Assembly: GCA_045837725.1 (NCBI GenBank)
Contig: JBEWZL010000260.1
Span: 620,001 to 684,000 of the forward strand
From: Vermamoeba vermiformis
Lineage: Eukaryota
Direction: 5' to 3'
DNA length: 64,000 bases
The number at the start of each line of letters is the position of its first letter. Position 1 is the stretch's first letter. Both the position numbers and the translations under genes were made by a program. Below the pieces are notes generated by a model. The model was not told the DNA's origin. It saw nothing but the letters and a program-made list of their open reading frames with translations, and did no database searches. Of this stretch, positions 39,530 to 55,918 are shown one piece after another.

Positions 39530-41234
39530 TTATACGAGAGTGCTGAGCTCTTGTTGCAAAGCAGTCATCAGCGCGCTCTTCGAATTAATCGTCGCTTGTT
39601 GCCGCGCAATTTTAGCTTCCAAACGGCCCTACACATAACCATGTAAGTCCTAGTACTTGACTAATACTACGCTCTTATCGGCTACTTACGCGCATCACTT
39701 CGTTGAGTTCTAACGGCACTGCGGCAATGTCGCCGTCGACTTGTTTTTGCAGCGCTGCGATGTCGGACTGAATGCGCGCCAATTGTTCTTGCAGCTCTGC
39801 AACGCGTGGATTGACCGCTACAACAATATGATAAGAAACGTAGTCATAATAGTGCGGCCTATAATCCTTACGCTTGGCTTCTTGTACAATTTTCATCGGC
39901 TCGGGTGCGGATGTAGCAGTATTATTATTATTAGTTACCGCTGTAGGTGCCGTCTCTGGTGCAGTCGCTTGAGCTTTTGGCGCCTTTTTCCTGTAATTTG
40001 AGCGATTAGAACTGCTACACAGACAAAATTTCCTTTTTAGGAAATAGGTTATCGATCTGTTCCAGTACGTACTTGCGTTCTTTCTTCTCTTTAGGCTCGC
40101 CTTCTTTTTCTTCCTTCTTTTTTCGTGGCTTCTTCGGTTTCTTGCCCTCTTCACCTGCAGCAGTCGCAGTTCCATCACCAGTAGCCGCGGCGCCATCTGC
40201 TGGTTGAGCTCCATCCGCCGCAGCCTCGCCCTTTTTTCTTCGTTTCTTCTTAGGCTTCTCTCCATTCTCGCCGTCAGCTCCCTCCTCGCCTTCTGTTTTT
40301 CTTTTGCGTTTTTTGGGCGTTTTCTTCTCGCCTTCTGGTTGCGCTGGCAAACCCATCTCTTTCAACAACTCGCTTTCATGCACAATTTCAATATCTACAT
40401 ATAAGGATAGCTCATTAATATATTGATCGTATAATGCGCTCTCTAAGGCTTACTTTCGCTTGCAGCGTACGCATCTCCTCGCATGCGGCGCAACAATTCT
40501 TCTTCTGCGGCCAAAACTTCTTCTCGCTATAAATAGCGTTATAATTAATGTACGTATATTGGTTTCAGTTAGTAATTTTAACGTACAGGAACTTCAGGAC
40601 GTTTTCTGAATTTTCTTTGACGGATGTTCTTCGTGGCTGGAGTGACGCCCATATCAACTAGTCTATAGTTATGATCGTATAGTTTAGGAGGAGGCGCTGC
40701 CTCCTCTCCTTCTTTCTTCTCTTCGTTGTCTTTTTTCTCTTCCACGAGCAGCATCTGCGTTTGCAAATTAGCTCGACTGGATCACGATCGATAAATAATG
40801 TTTCGCTGAATGTAAATATCTAATGAATATTACCTGTCCTATATCCCCGCTCTTATAATATGACCGCATATCAAGCGTTTTGTGTGTTTCGACGACGCAA
40901 GGCAGATCGACCAAAGTTAATTTGTATTCTTGACCTTCGACAACAAATTTTCCATGCCGAGAATCTATAATAATATTATTTATAATTTATTCAACGCGTT
41001 TTAGACCAAAATAAATATTTCAGAATTTTTAGTAATTTTTGTTTTATTTAATTTTCAGATGTTCTTCACTGTATAACTTTGTTGCTTCGCCATATCACTA
41101 TATCAATTATTATTACCTGTAAATGAAAATTCTACTTCGTCTAAATCATTATCTTTCATCATGTGATGGATTTGCTTCGCCACCTCGGGTGGTACTCGCA
41201 ATAAAAATTGTTCTTCCAAGCCAACATCGGTCAT
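39530..41234 (-). CDS. TAF7: Transcription initiation factor TFIID subunit 7
   Basis: LEEQFLLRVPP, LVDLPCVVETHKTLD..YYKSGDIGQML, GVTPATKNIRQRKFRK, then a Lys/Glu-rich region and a coiled-coil C-terminus. Confidence 0.9.
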
Positions 41235-41599
41235 TTTAACTAAAATATGAATATGTTGGTACTTGTGTTATTTACAATGAAAAAAATTGCAAGTCGTTCA
41301 AGGCGCAGAAAAAGAGCGAAAAAGTTGGTCAGAAAAATTTCAACGGCTAGAGGGAAGGCTGTTACTGGATTAGACAGATGTAATATCGGCATTGCATAAA
41401 CTTGTTACTTGTATCTCCGTTTTATTACTGAAATTGTATTAGATAAAAAGAGTTCTCAAAAAATAATTCACTTGCCTGCAAATGTCTTTGGCAAACTCAG
41501 ACCTGCAAACATTTTGTCTAATTTCTTGTTTCAGACTGAACGCCACTAGATACCACCAGATACCAGTACAATAATAAATACTTCCTTATTAACGGTGCA

Positions 41600-42567
41600 A
41601 TGCAAGCATTAAAAACACGAGCCCTAAATGGACTGCGCTATGTAGCTACAGTTGGCAAGTCGTTGCTCAAATAGCGTTACGCGTGCTGACCAGATCGTTT
41701 AATAGGCGTAGGGCTATTAGCACTGGAGGCTGGAGATCGTTTAATAGAAAAGCACCAAAAGTCGCAGATTCGTCGTGCGTTTCTCAACAAACAAAAATTA
41801 AAACAGAAGCCTCTGTCCACCGACTTCTCTCCTATAAAAACCCCTCATTTTGAATGGGCCATAGACAATACCTTAGAAGCCAATCGAAGAGAGCAATTGA
41901 CGGTGATCCACGGAAAAGAAAAGATCGGCAAATCCGCGTACATTACTATCGCAACTCAACAAAAATACTTCTCCTGGAGCTCGCTACGTTGATGTTAGAA
42001 AAATTTACGATTCTCTTGAAGATAAATCGTTGGTGCTGCCGGCTGCTTTAGCCGAAGCCCTAAACGTAAATCTGAGATTTGTTGGCAACAGTTTGGTTAG
42101 TCAAATCTTTCCAAGTAAGAAATCATACCATTATTGCCATTTTGCTTATATTAGTTAAAGTAATGCGAGTCAACGGCGAAAGACAGCTGGATTTACTCTT
42201 GCGGATGTACGGGGCGGTAAACAAACAAATTCGCAGAGAGAAGAACTATGCACCTGTGATAGTCCTAGATAATCTCCACGATGACATTATCGAGTCTCAG
42301 CGATCTGAATTCTATTATCTAGCTGGCATGGCCATCAATTTTGGAACAAATGCGTCCGTGATCGGACAAGGCCGCTTTGTGTTCGTTACAAATGGGAACA
42401 AACTCGAGTATCACTCAGTGTATCCTTGTAAGTGCTGAATAGTGCCATTCAGTGCATACTTTAACTAACGGATGCGCATTTATCAAGGTGAGTTCCGCGT
42501 GGTCGAGTTTCCAGTACACGACGCTAAGAATGGCGCAGTTAGCTGCTACAGAACAAAACGAAGATGA
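41600..42567 (+). pseudogene. P-loop ATPase (AAA/ATPase_2-like) gene with an apparent +1 frameshift; pseudogene or sequencing error
   Basis: Walker A VIHGKEKIGKS, whose frame stops at about 41990. The Walker B-like PVIVLDNLHD lies downstream in a shifted frame. The first intron is GC-AG (41655-41705). Confidence 0.55.
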
Positions 42568-43024
42568 GTTTGCAACGCTCGAGTGAGTTAACTGACAGTA
42601 CTTGGCGGCAATAACACGCAGCATTGTACCAATCACAAGTTATTGGCACTGAACAGCGAAATGGAAAAGTACATCCAATTCGAAGGCCGAATAAATCACC
42701 AAATATATTTGGAAGAGGCCCTAATTCTACCGAACTAATTGGCGTTTTAATTATTATTTTTAGCAATTTTTTGAATTTCATAACGGGCTTTTCGTTCAAT
42801 TTGTTGTTAAAAAAACGGATCGTGTCATAGTTGAATTAGATGTCATTTAACTTACCTTGACGCCATCACTTGATTATCGAAATATTATTGCATGCTCAGA
42901 GTCCTTGATGTTGAATGTTGAGTCGTGTTGCTCCTGCGGTTGGCAAAGTAACGACAATTTTCAAAAGCCAAAAATCGGTGGAGTGCCGTTATTTCAAGAG
43001 TCTCACTTTAACTAAGTACCATAT

Positions 43025-45485
43025 ATGAAGTATTATATATTTATATTGTGCGTAGTAGCTGCTGTTTGGGCTGCCTCCATCCCACTTGGCAGAACGCGCA
43101 TGGAAAATCTCATGTACACCCAGCACCACGTCCCTGCTGGATGGCGCAGTATTGAAAAGATTAATACTAAGCAAGATTTGCACCTAATTATTGCTTTGAA
43201 ACAACGCAACGTCGATCGCTTGTTGGAAATTTTCAATGCCGTCTCAGACCCCAACTCTAAACGTAAGATTGCGATAGATTTGTATTATATCATTACGCTT
43301 TAAATTATGATAATTATTTCTGATTTATTTCCTGTAGAATATGGAAAGTTTTTGACAATTGATGAAATCCATTCTTTGGTCGCTCCTGCGCCTTACGCTG
43401 TCGATGCTGTCGCCAGTTGGTTGAAGGTAATCATCCATAATATTATATGCACGATCAAATATTGATACACTCAATAATACTTTCAACTACTTAGCAAAAC
43501 AATGCCAAATCCGTCGAGCACAAGAACGATTTCCTCGAAGTAGTTATCGACGTTATGGACGCCAATAAGATGTTGGCATGCGAGTTCCACCGCTTCGAGC
43601 ACCGAGCCAGCGGCAAGCGTCTCATCCGTTCCGCGACAGCTTACAGCGTGCCGTCAGATCTGGTGCAGCACATTGACTTTGTCGGAGGTGTGACGCACTT
43701 CCCTAAAGTCCGCAAACCAATCATCAACAGCGCTGTCAAGAACGCGAAGGGTCCCGATGGCGAGACCTTGTTGGACTTGCAAGTGACCCCGTGGCTGTTG
43801 CGCGGCCTGTACTCGGTGGGTGATGTGCAGGGCAAGTCGAGCAAGAACTCGCAGTGCGTGGCTCAGTTCTTGGAAGAGTACTACACGCAAGGTAAGACTG
43901 CACTAACCTGCGATGAGTGACACGTGTCATATTGAACTGCTGACACTTGACATCTTTGCAGTGGATTTGGACGAATTCTTTTTGTTGTTCTACCGCCAGG
44001 CCCTGGGCAACAGTCCCACGTTGATTGGTCCCGATCACTTCCCTGCTGGCACTGAAGCCAGTCTCGACATCCAATACATCATGAGTGTTGGTGCGTAGCA
44101 GCTAATCATACATACCACTATTCACCACTAACACGCTGTTGTGACTGCAGGTGCCAATGTTCCCACCGTGTTTTGGAGCAATCCTGGCCGTCACGAGGGT
44201 CAAGAACCGTTCTTGAAGTGGCTCGTTGACGTTGACAACACTCAAAACCCTCCTTATGTCATCTCTGTCAGGTACGAATGCGATGATTGACGCCATTATA
44301 AATCACTTGTTAATGTCCTCGTGCAGCTACGGTGACGACGAGAACAGTTTGAGCTTGGACTACACGAACAGAATCAACATTGAGTTCGTCAAGCAAGGTA
44401 CGATCTTATTGCCTAAAATAAGACTGATCTAACGTGCATGACAGGTGTGAGAGGTATTTCGTTCTTATTCGCTTCAGGTGACGATGGTGTTGGTGGATCT
44501 GACTTCGGTGACTGCAACCAATTCGTGCCTAGTAAGTGTCATTGCCTTATTTGGTAATCTTTTACTTATCTTTTTCAGACTACCCTGCCAGCTCTCCTTA
44601 CGTCACTGCTGTTGGTGGTACCACTCTCGACGGCTGGTTTGAGGTACGTGCCGTGATATGACACGTGTCAAAGTGTCACTTGTAACGTTCCTTTTTTAGA
44701 CCGGCAATGAAGTCGTGAACGGACTGTCAGGCGGTGGTTTCTCGAACTACTTCTTCCGTCCTAATTACCAGCGCGAGGCTGTGAACGCTTATTTGGTCAA
44801 TGAACTGTAAGTCTCGTTCATGAACGGAACTTGACACGTAAATTTATCAATTAGTCTCGTTAATTTTGACTAATGACACTTTGTGTTCCACGTGTCAAAG
44901 TGTCACTTTAATACATTATTGACGCCTCCTCGTGCAGTAAATCATTGCCGCCATACTCGTACTGGAACACCACTGGCCGTGCGTACCCCGATGTCTCGGC
45001 ACTCTCAGCCAACTACGTGATCGTGACCAATCTGATCCCCGTGCCCGGTGTGGCAGGCACGAGTTGTGCCGCACCAGTGTTCAGCGGTGTGATGGCACTG
45101 CTCAATGACTTGCGGCTGCAGAATGGCAAGAGTCCGCTCGGCTTTTTGAACCCCTTGCTCTACGACATGGCAGTGAAATATCCCAAAACTTTCACCGACA
45201 TCACGCAAGGTATATTTTGGGCTATTTTTTAGTTTTGGATCGAGCTATTCTTGGGCGTATATTAATTGCTGGTATTAATAGGCTCTAACCCTGGTTGCGG
45301 AACCGACGGATTTCCCGCGGCAGCTGGATGGGATCCCAGCAGTGGTCTTGGTATGTTATCGCTTACAATTGAACGAGGGGTCACGCGATCCGTCTCGACA
45401 TCCACCAGAAAGCTGAAATCCTAATCGCTTGAATTTAGGTTCTCCTAACTATGCTGAGATGGCCAAGGTCATTTTGAATTATTAG
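43025..45485 (+). CDS. TPP1: Tripeptidyl-peptidase 1 / sedolisin (S53) with prodomain
   Basis: Signal peptide, prodomain VSDPNS..YGKFLT, EASLDIQY (catalytic E/D), SYGDDE, ASGDDG, GRAYPDVSA, GTSCAAP, GWDP..GLGSPN. Confidence 0.95.
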
Positions 45486-45633
45486 AGCGCTTGGTTCATT
45501 CAATAAAGGTACATCTGCGCCTTTACAAAAACATTTTGGCTATTTTATATACTTTGTCTTTACAATATGAGGTATTTGGGCGATGAACTTGCCCTATACA
45601 ACTAATTATCAAGCGTAAGCTTCTCATCGAGCT

Positions 45634-46517
45634 TTAAGCTTGCAATTTGCTCTTCTTAGCAGCTTGTTCTTCGACTGCGGCATCCGCATCCAATTTACGC
45701 TTGACGCCTTGCTTATCCTCGGCCTCTTGTGCTTCAATGGCATCCGTGAGCTCTTGAATGGGGATCTTAGTCACTTGCTTCACTTTGAGCATCGTGCTCG
45801 CCAGCACATCTTCACCGATAGCACTTGCCTTCAATCTTTCGACAGCAGTCTTTTTCTGCTCATCGCTGCAATTACCGGTAAATATTTGAACAATAACAAA
45901 AGACATTCTACGCAATATTGCCGTATCAAAGTAAATTTTAAGCAGATTTCGCGACTTAGTTTCAGACCACTGATTTACCTTAGTTTCTCCTTCAAAGCAG
46001 GGACCATGTGATACTCCTCACGCAAGATATGAACTCTCTCGTTCATAAACATGCCAACTAAGAAGTCGTGGAGCTCTTGCATCAAGTGCGAGCTAATCTC
46101 ACGGCCTAAAAGTTGATCGAGTGTTTCAAACTCGTGCAGCTTGTAGGTATGATCGACTTCGTACGAGCCATGCAAGTAAGGAGCCTTGTCGTCAATCGAG
46201 GAGAGCAATTCCTCCTCGATCTGAGTGTGCAAGGTAAACTTTTCTTTCATCAACGTGAGCTGAGAATTAGATGAGTCAGATCAGCCGAAAGAAGGTCTTC
46301 CCTATCGTAGAATAGCACTTACTGATTGTTTGAGGTCATTGAAGCCTTGCGGGTCCAAAGAGATACGCAGCGGATCGAGCATCTTGAGCGCGACAGCAGC
46401 CATCTCTTTGTATTCGTGGTGGATCTTCAAAAATGTATCGGTGAACTCGTCGCCTGTCAAGTTAAGTTCATTCTTGTCCAAGAGATGCAGCTTCTTCTTC
46501 AATAAGTCCATAGCCAT
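45634..46517 (-). CDS. Hypothetical protein, three exons
   Basis: ORFs 46302-46562, 45975-46253 and 45634-45915 appear joinable through GT-AG introns. The C-terminus has an NLS-like KRKLD...KKSK. Confidence 0.65.
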
Positions 46518-46935
46518 GTTTGATGAATTAGTTTTTTTGAGATGTAGCTTTGATGTTTTCAATCCGAAAACAAAGAGAATAATGGAGTGAAAATTTATCG
46601 CTGCCGAAATATCCTTTTGTAATTTTGATCAGGGGAAGAAACAGAATTGGAAGAAAATCCATTCAAAAAGCAGAAATTTGTAGCAGATCTCACCTAACTG
46701 ACTAAAAAAATTGAAATTCGTTCTTTAGATATCTAAAACAGTATTTTCATCGCGCGAGGGCCTATTTGTAGATCGACATGCCCTGATTTACCATACTGGA
46801 CGGAAAGCGCTCCCAGATCAAGTTATTTCGAAAGAATTTTATCTTCCTCGCTACTGTACATTATATTTACATTGAGGTCCTTTCAAGCCATCAAAATCAA
46901 TCTACATCAATAAGCTTATCTAGACTAGATTGATC

Positions 46936-49900
46936 TTATACATTGTCCGCTGCCAAACCACTACGCGGGCTATCGATGGCGGTAGACAGGCGCGAGTTAT
47001 CAACCATGATAGACAGGCGCAAGCTCTCAACGTTGGTAGACAGACGCGAGCTATCAACCATGGTAGACAGACGCGAACTATCAATCATGGTAGACAGGCG
47101 CGAGCTATCAATCATGGTAGACAGACGCGAGGTATCAACGGCGGCAGAGAGGCGCGGTGTGGAAGGAGCACTCGAGGTCTTGCCAGTCGACGCAGTGGAC
47201 ATGTGGCGATCTTTGCCTGCATTGGCTGGCTTGGGATTGATCATCATCAGCACTGAGCACGAGCTGAGCGTCATCAGCGACCACAGGGCAAATAGACCAG
47301 CATCTATTGGAACATATTCTTAAGTACGATGTCGTATAATACCGATTTTAAGTAGGCTTACAGTAAGAGATCGGATCCAATATGAAGTCGATCAGCAACA
47401 CGTGCAAGACTGCCATCGAGATCATTGAAAACCCATTCAAAATGAGAAATCTGATGTAAACGTGTTAGTATATAGCTATTGAAAATAATTTGAAGACTTA
47501 CCTCGTTTGTTTTTGCACGATCTCTTTCTTAAAGAATGAAAGTCCCTCGACCCGTTTGATCGCCCTAAACACAGAGCCTAATTAGAATTCACGTACATGA
47601 CTTTCAATATTCGTTATAGGTGCCTACCTCAGCACTAATGCACCAAGGATTATGAACATGATAGCTAACAAAGCTGTAATACTGGCGTACACCACACCGC
47701 TCGCCAACACAATCGTGCGATTCTCTTTGTTCAAGCCACGCAGTAGACCCACTGTTAGATCAACGCCGATGAATAGAACTCCAACTCCGATGAAGGCATA
47801 ACGTGTTTTTGATAGCCTAAAGCAATTTGTTAGCATTCGAACGAGATTGCGGTTAGATCAGCGCGTGCTTACCAAACGAATTTTCGAGGAATGCTTGACG
47901 ACGGCTTCAAGACATTATCGATCCAGAAGAAGCAGATAGCTACAGTAGCCATATACCAAAAGGCGTTGGGCAGTTGTTGCAGGACGCTGGATGTGAGGTA
48001 AGTGTAAACTCCGCGCATGTTGAGTGGATCTCCGGCATAGACAGCTCGGAACACCGCGCTGATAATCTCAAACACGATCATAATACTAGGGAACTATCAA
48101 TTGTCGTCTGAAAAGAATGAGAAGTCAGATCAACGAATCGCCAGTACAAATTAGTAAAATTCAGATTGAAGATTCTGCGTATTATTTCGATCGATAAACA
48201 TAGGAATAATTCAATGAGAAGTATTAACATCATTAATGAGCATACCTTGAGTTGTGGTTGAAGAGCAAGATCCATTTGTACACGCCAAAGCCGATTACCA
48301 CAGCGCTAAATACGACCATAACGATGGTAAACAAGTTGATAAGGCCATCATTAGAGCTATAATAGCATTCTTATTAGTAACTACGCTCATAATTTCGATA
48401 TCAATTTCGCAATTTAAATTCAGTCAAAAGAGATCTGGTACGTACACTGAATCCCAAGGGTTTGGATCATTAGCTGGAAGTGCAACCACTAGTGTCTATA
48501 ATAGTACAATCGGAGTTAGTTTTCTGAACCACAATGCGAATCACATCCAGCGCTATCTTACAGATGCGACTTGAGAAGAGTAATCCGCGAGAGTATTGAA
48601 GTCATCGTTGGAAATCTCGAAGATAGGTATAGACACGGTAATATCCGAGCTATAATAACAGTGATTAGTACGCGCTCTATATATCAAATTTCCTTTTTTA
48701 GATCCGCAACAATTTAAAAACGTAGCGACACCTGTCACGGTCAATAAAAATTATTTTGCTTCGCGATTACACAGTATCTGTATTAGTTTTGTAAATTTCG
48801 GGCGTAAATGATTCTTATTGAATTAATTAATGCGAGAATATATTATTACCAACGAATCCGTTTACATACCCTGTATCTTGTTTTTTGTACTTTCCATAAC
48901 CAGGCTCGCCTTCTACTGCAATAATAATAGCCACAGCACCTGCTTGTTCAGCATTCCTATGAAATTGAATTGTGAATCAGCAGAAATTAACGCGAATTCA
49001 CAAAACTAAATTGCAAGTGTAAACGACCGGAAATTACGTAAATATATGATGGCATGCGCATATGAATACTTACCATGCTTGTTGTAATGAGCTGCAGCCC
49101 TTGAAACTCGTCATGACTATCTTCCCGGTCAGATTCAGCGCAGGATCATCAAAACTCTGGCCCACGGGCACAATCTCGGTGAACTTTCCGTTGTTGTTCT
49201 TCTTTGTCTTATCTGAATTAGGGTTAGCTTGTGGTGGTTTGCCGCGCTTTTTGTCCGAGGGTGCATCTAGAAAAAATTAAAATTCGTTAGTAAATCGCAG
49301 AGAATCTTTTGGGAATTGTTTACTTTCGCTCCCAGGAGTCTCTTGAGGATCCTCGGTTTGAGGATTATTCGGTTCTGCTTTAGGAGGCTTACCATGAGGA
49401 GTATCGCCGTTGTTGTTTGGATTGTCGTTCGATCCGCCTGCTTGTGGAGGCTGTCCGTGCGGCGAGTTGTTGTTACCATTGTTGCCGTTATTGTCCGCTT
49501 GTGGGGGCGAGTTGTTATTGCCATTATTGCCGTTGTTGCCTGCTTGTGGGGGCGAGTTGTTGTTACCATTGTTGCCATTGTTTCCATTATTACCGTTGTT
49601 ATTATTGTTACCATTATTGCCGTTGTTTCCATTGTTGCCATTGTTATTATTGTTGCCGTTGTTGCCATTATTGCCTGCTTGTGGGGGCTTTCCATGCGGC
49701 GAGTTGTTATTACCATTGTTGCCGTTGTTGCCATTGTTACTTCCATTGTTTCCGTTGTTGTTATTATTACCGTTGTTGCCATTGTTGTTATTATTGTTGC
49801 CATTGTTGCCGTTGTTTCCATTGTTCGATCCGGTTGGCGAGTTGTTATTACCGTTGTTTCCATTATTGCCGTTGTTGTTACCATTGTTACCATTGTTGCC

Positions 49901-50224
49901 GTTATTTCCATTGTTATTGTTGTTACTGTTGATCTTCTCGTTGAGCTTTGTCCAAACGAAATCTGATCTTCTAACTTTCTGCGCTTGAGGTGGTTGACCG
50001 TGAGGCTGATCGCTCTGTCCGTTGTTCTTCTTATCATATCCTTGCGAGCATACACCTTGAACGAAGATTAACTCCGCTTGATCCAAATTGAATGCGCTGT
50101 CGCCAACGGATGGCGTTGTAAACGTGATGCCTGAAAGCTCAGCCGGCTCTAAGATCTCCAATGCACTTCCTGTGAGCACAAAGCACGTAGAAATAATGAT
50201 GCCAATCAAGACTGTTGTACGCAT
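46936..50224 (-). CDS. Signal peptide + PA domain (split by an Asn/Gly-rich insert) + multi-TM (7TM/THH1-like) receptor-type protein with a repeated Ser/Thr tail
   Basis: MRTTVLIGIIISTCFVLTGSA signal. PA motifs LTGKIVM..FKGCS and NAEQAGAVAIII. Several hydrophobic exons at 47360-48350. C-terminal DSSRLSTM repeats. Confidence 0.75.
46964..47152 (-). repeat. Coding minisatellite, seven copies of a 27-bp unit (DSSRLSTMI/V)
   Basis: The plus-strand unit cgcgagctatcaaccatggtagacaga repeats seven times with variation. Confidence 0.9.
49430..49930 (-). repeat. Coding low-complexity repeat (NNG)n interspersed with NNSP(HG)xPPQA motifs
   Basis: ttg/tta/cca/ccg triplet array that translates to an Asn/Gly-rich tract in ORF 49277-50260. 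Confidence 0.9.
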
Positions 50225-51894
50225 TGTGGAGTTTGAACTAGATGTCGGAAATAAGAACAATAAACTCCGCTTTGAGTCCAGCTGTCCTGTTGTGGTTAAC
50301 TGTTTAGTTGAATTAATTTATGCCTGCAAGATTGTGCGGTTGTTTTTTAAACTGTGATTACAAGTGTCAAAATTAATTTTGTTCACCTAAAATTTCCTTT
50401 TTCGTCATGCAAGCTCTTTCAAGCGTATCTTTGGGATAATAGTATTTATCATGTATATAATAAGGTGACGCTGCTCGCAGTTCTAAATGATCAATTCGGA
50501 AGTTATTGCGCTGCACTTACCAATTCGAGTATTGCGGGGTAAAACTGCAGATCCAAATTTAGCTTGCCGAAAAATTCTGTACGAACAGCGCTCTTTTTAA
50601 AGTTTAAATTTGGATTTTCGCCCGTTCGCTCAGCAGGAACTGAAATTACGTCGGAATATCATTGATAAGCGATCTTGCACTGACCACACACGTTGAGAAT
50701 GGAATGAGATCAGACCAAGACCTTTGATACATCCAAGAAGGAGTTGAGCTTTATAGTCTATGGTACCAATCTACTGTCGAGAGTCCTAGTTACGTTGTGG
50801 AAAGCAGCTGCAACAGCGCAATCAGCTGGAATATACCGCGGTATTCCACTGCACTAAAGCCACGTGGAGCCACACCAAAGTGTTCTTACGTAAGTATTAA
50901 TACGCCTCTGATTCGTATCGTGAGAATCTTGGGTGGTTACTGCCATTGTTCCACTTTTTAGATCAGAAATTGAAAGTCAAGATCGAAAAGGCCGACAAAT
51001 ATTCTTCGAATATTCTCCACGTCAAAACACCCTCCATCGTAGCTATGAACTTAGTATCGTGCTTGACTGACAGAGATGGCCGCAAGCCACTGATCTTCAG
51101 AATTATTGCCATCGTTCGACATCTGCGAGAAGAGCACTCTTTGTAAGGTTTGAACTCGCATCCAGCTGCAGCTCGTTGTTAGTACGTGCGTTATTATAGC
51201 TGTACTCGGCAAGCACTACATGAGGTCTATTGCGTCAATTGTTCCGTTAGCATGTCAGCGAATTTGACAACTGCAAAGTGTCATGTTGTCACTTGGTATT
51301 TTGAACTGGTGCCATGAATTTGTTGCCAACAACTACATTGCAATAATAATTGAAAGTGAGAATATCGTTCTATCGCCTTATTACATGGCTTATGCATGTG
51401 CAACACAGTAGTGTTGGAACCTGTCGGAGAATGAATAGCTTACCCGGCCTCTAAATAATTACCAGCGCACCTGACAAGTAATTATTAATAGTGTTTCGTG
51501 CAAACGTATTTATACTACGAATTAGAATTATTTCAGGGGTTTGTGTAAATAATTATTTACCATATAAAAGTTGTTTCTATTTTCTTCGTGTATAATCAAC
51601 CACAACTCGTACGTCATAAAAGTTCTGTCATTATTTATACACATTTTCCGCCCTAAGCCTAAGTTCAGGTAAGACATTGATCAGATCGTATTGAGTAACC
51701 GAACACGCACTAATATTAATAGCGACAATAAATTATTTTGCATTGATTTAGCGTGCACCTCGTTTAAATAATCCAACCGATGTGGTTGTATTTGAGACTA
51801 ACAAAAAATACTAATTGATTTTGTCATTTTTCATTCAAATAATATTTTACCGCTATTTACACATATTTACAGATAAATTACGTCTATGGTACAA

Positions 51895-55437
<3,543 letters not shown>

Positions 55438-55918
55438 TTCGCACTCTGGTTCTTCTATTGGTGGATGTTCAATTTTTTGAAGCCTTACTTACTTCACCAC
55501 TAATTACTATTCGATTGTGTGTGATCAATCTAGACGAACTATTCAAATGCCAATAAACAGAGGAACGGAAATTTAACACTCGGGCAGCAAGGCTAAATTA
55601 TCCAGACAAGAATTTCCTTTTATGGTTAAGTTTTCGTTAATTCAATCTCCTGTACTTAGACGCGACTTCGAAGGCTAGATAAAACTTGCCTCATCGACTT
55701 CGTTCATGTATCGAATTAAAATGTTATTATTTGGGCTGAGCTGATGTCCAAAATAAGCCTTCAAAATTGTTACGCTGTCTTGTGTACCCCACCTTTGGCA
55801 AATCGATATCGGGCTATTGATCTCGATCAAATCTCGGCCAATAAATTGTTGCCACGTTTTGTTTCGACTTTGGATTTATTACTTATTTACAGGGTGTCGC
55901 GCGGGATCTGCAGCTGAT

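Noticed and set aside
46609-46618. ATATCCTTTT as a second U12 donor (also GTATCCTTG at about 42420)
   Set aside because: The first is intergenic with no plus-strand exon or matching branch site. The second is better explained as exon sequence before a GTAAGT donor.
46964-47152. 27-bp repeat array as a CRISPR-like array
   Set aside because: The units are head-to-tail with no spacers, lie in frame within a coding exon, and no cas genes are present.
49267-50055. Long overlapping ORFs in several frames (Cys/Tyr-rich, Leu/Pro-rich, Thr/Met-rich)
   Set aside because: These are shadow frames of the stop-poor (NNG)n repeat. Only the signal peptide/PA frame is credible.
50690-51146. Possible gene fragment with one GT-AG intron (IPT/TIG-like stretches)
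   Set aside because: I could not build a coherent start-to-stop frame. It may be a decayed pseudogene, but I cannot support that.
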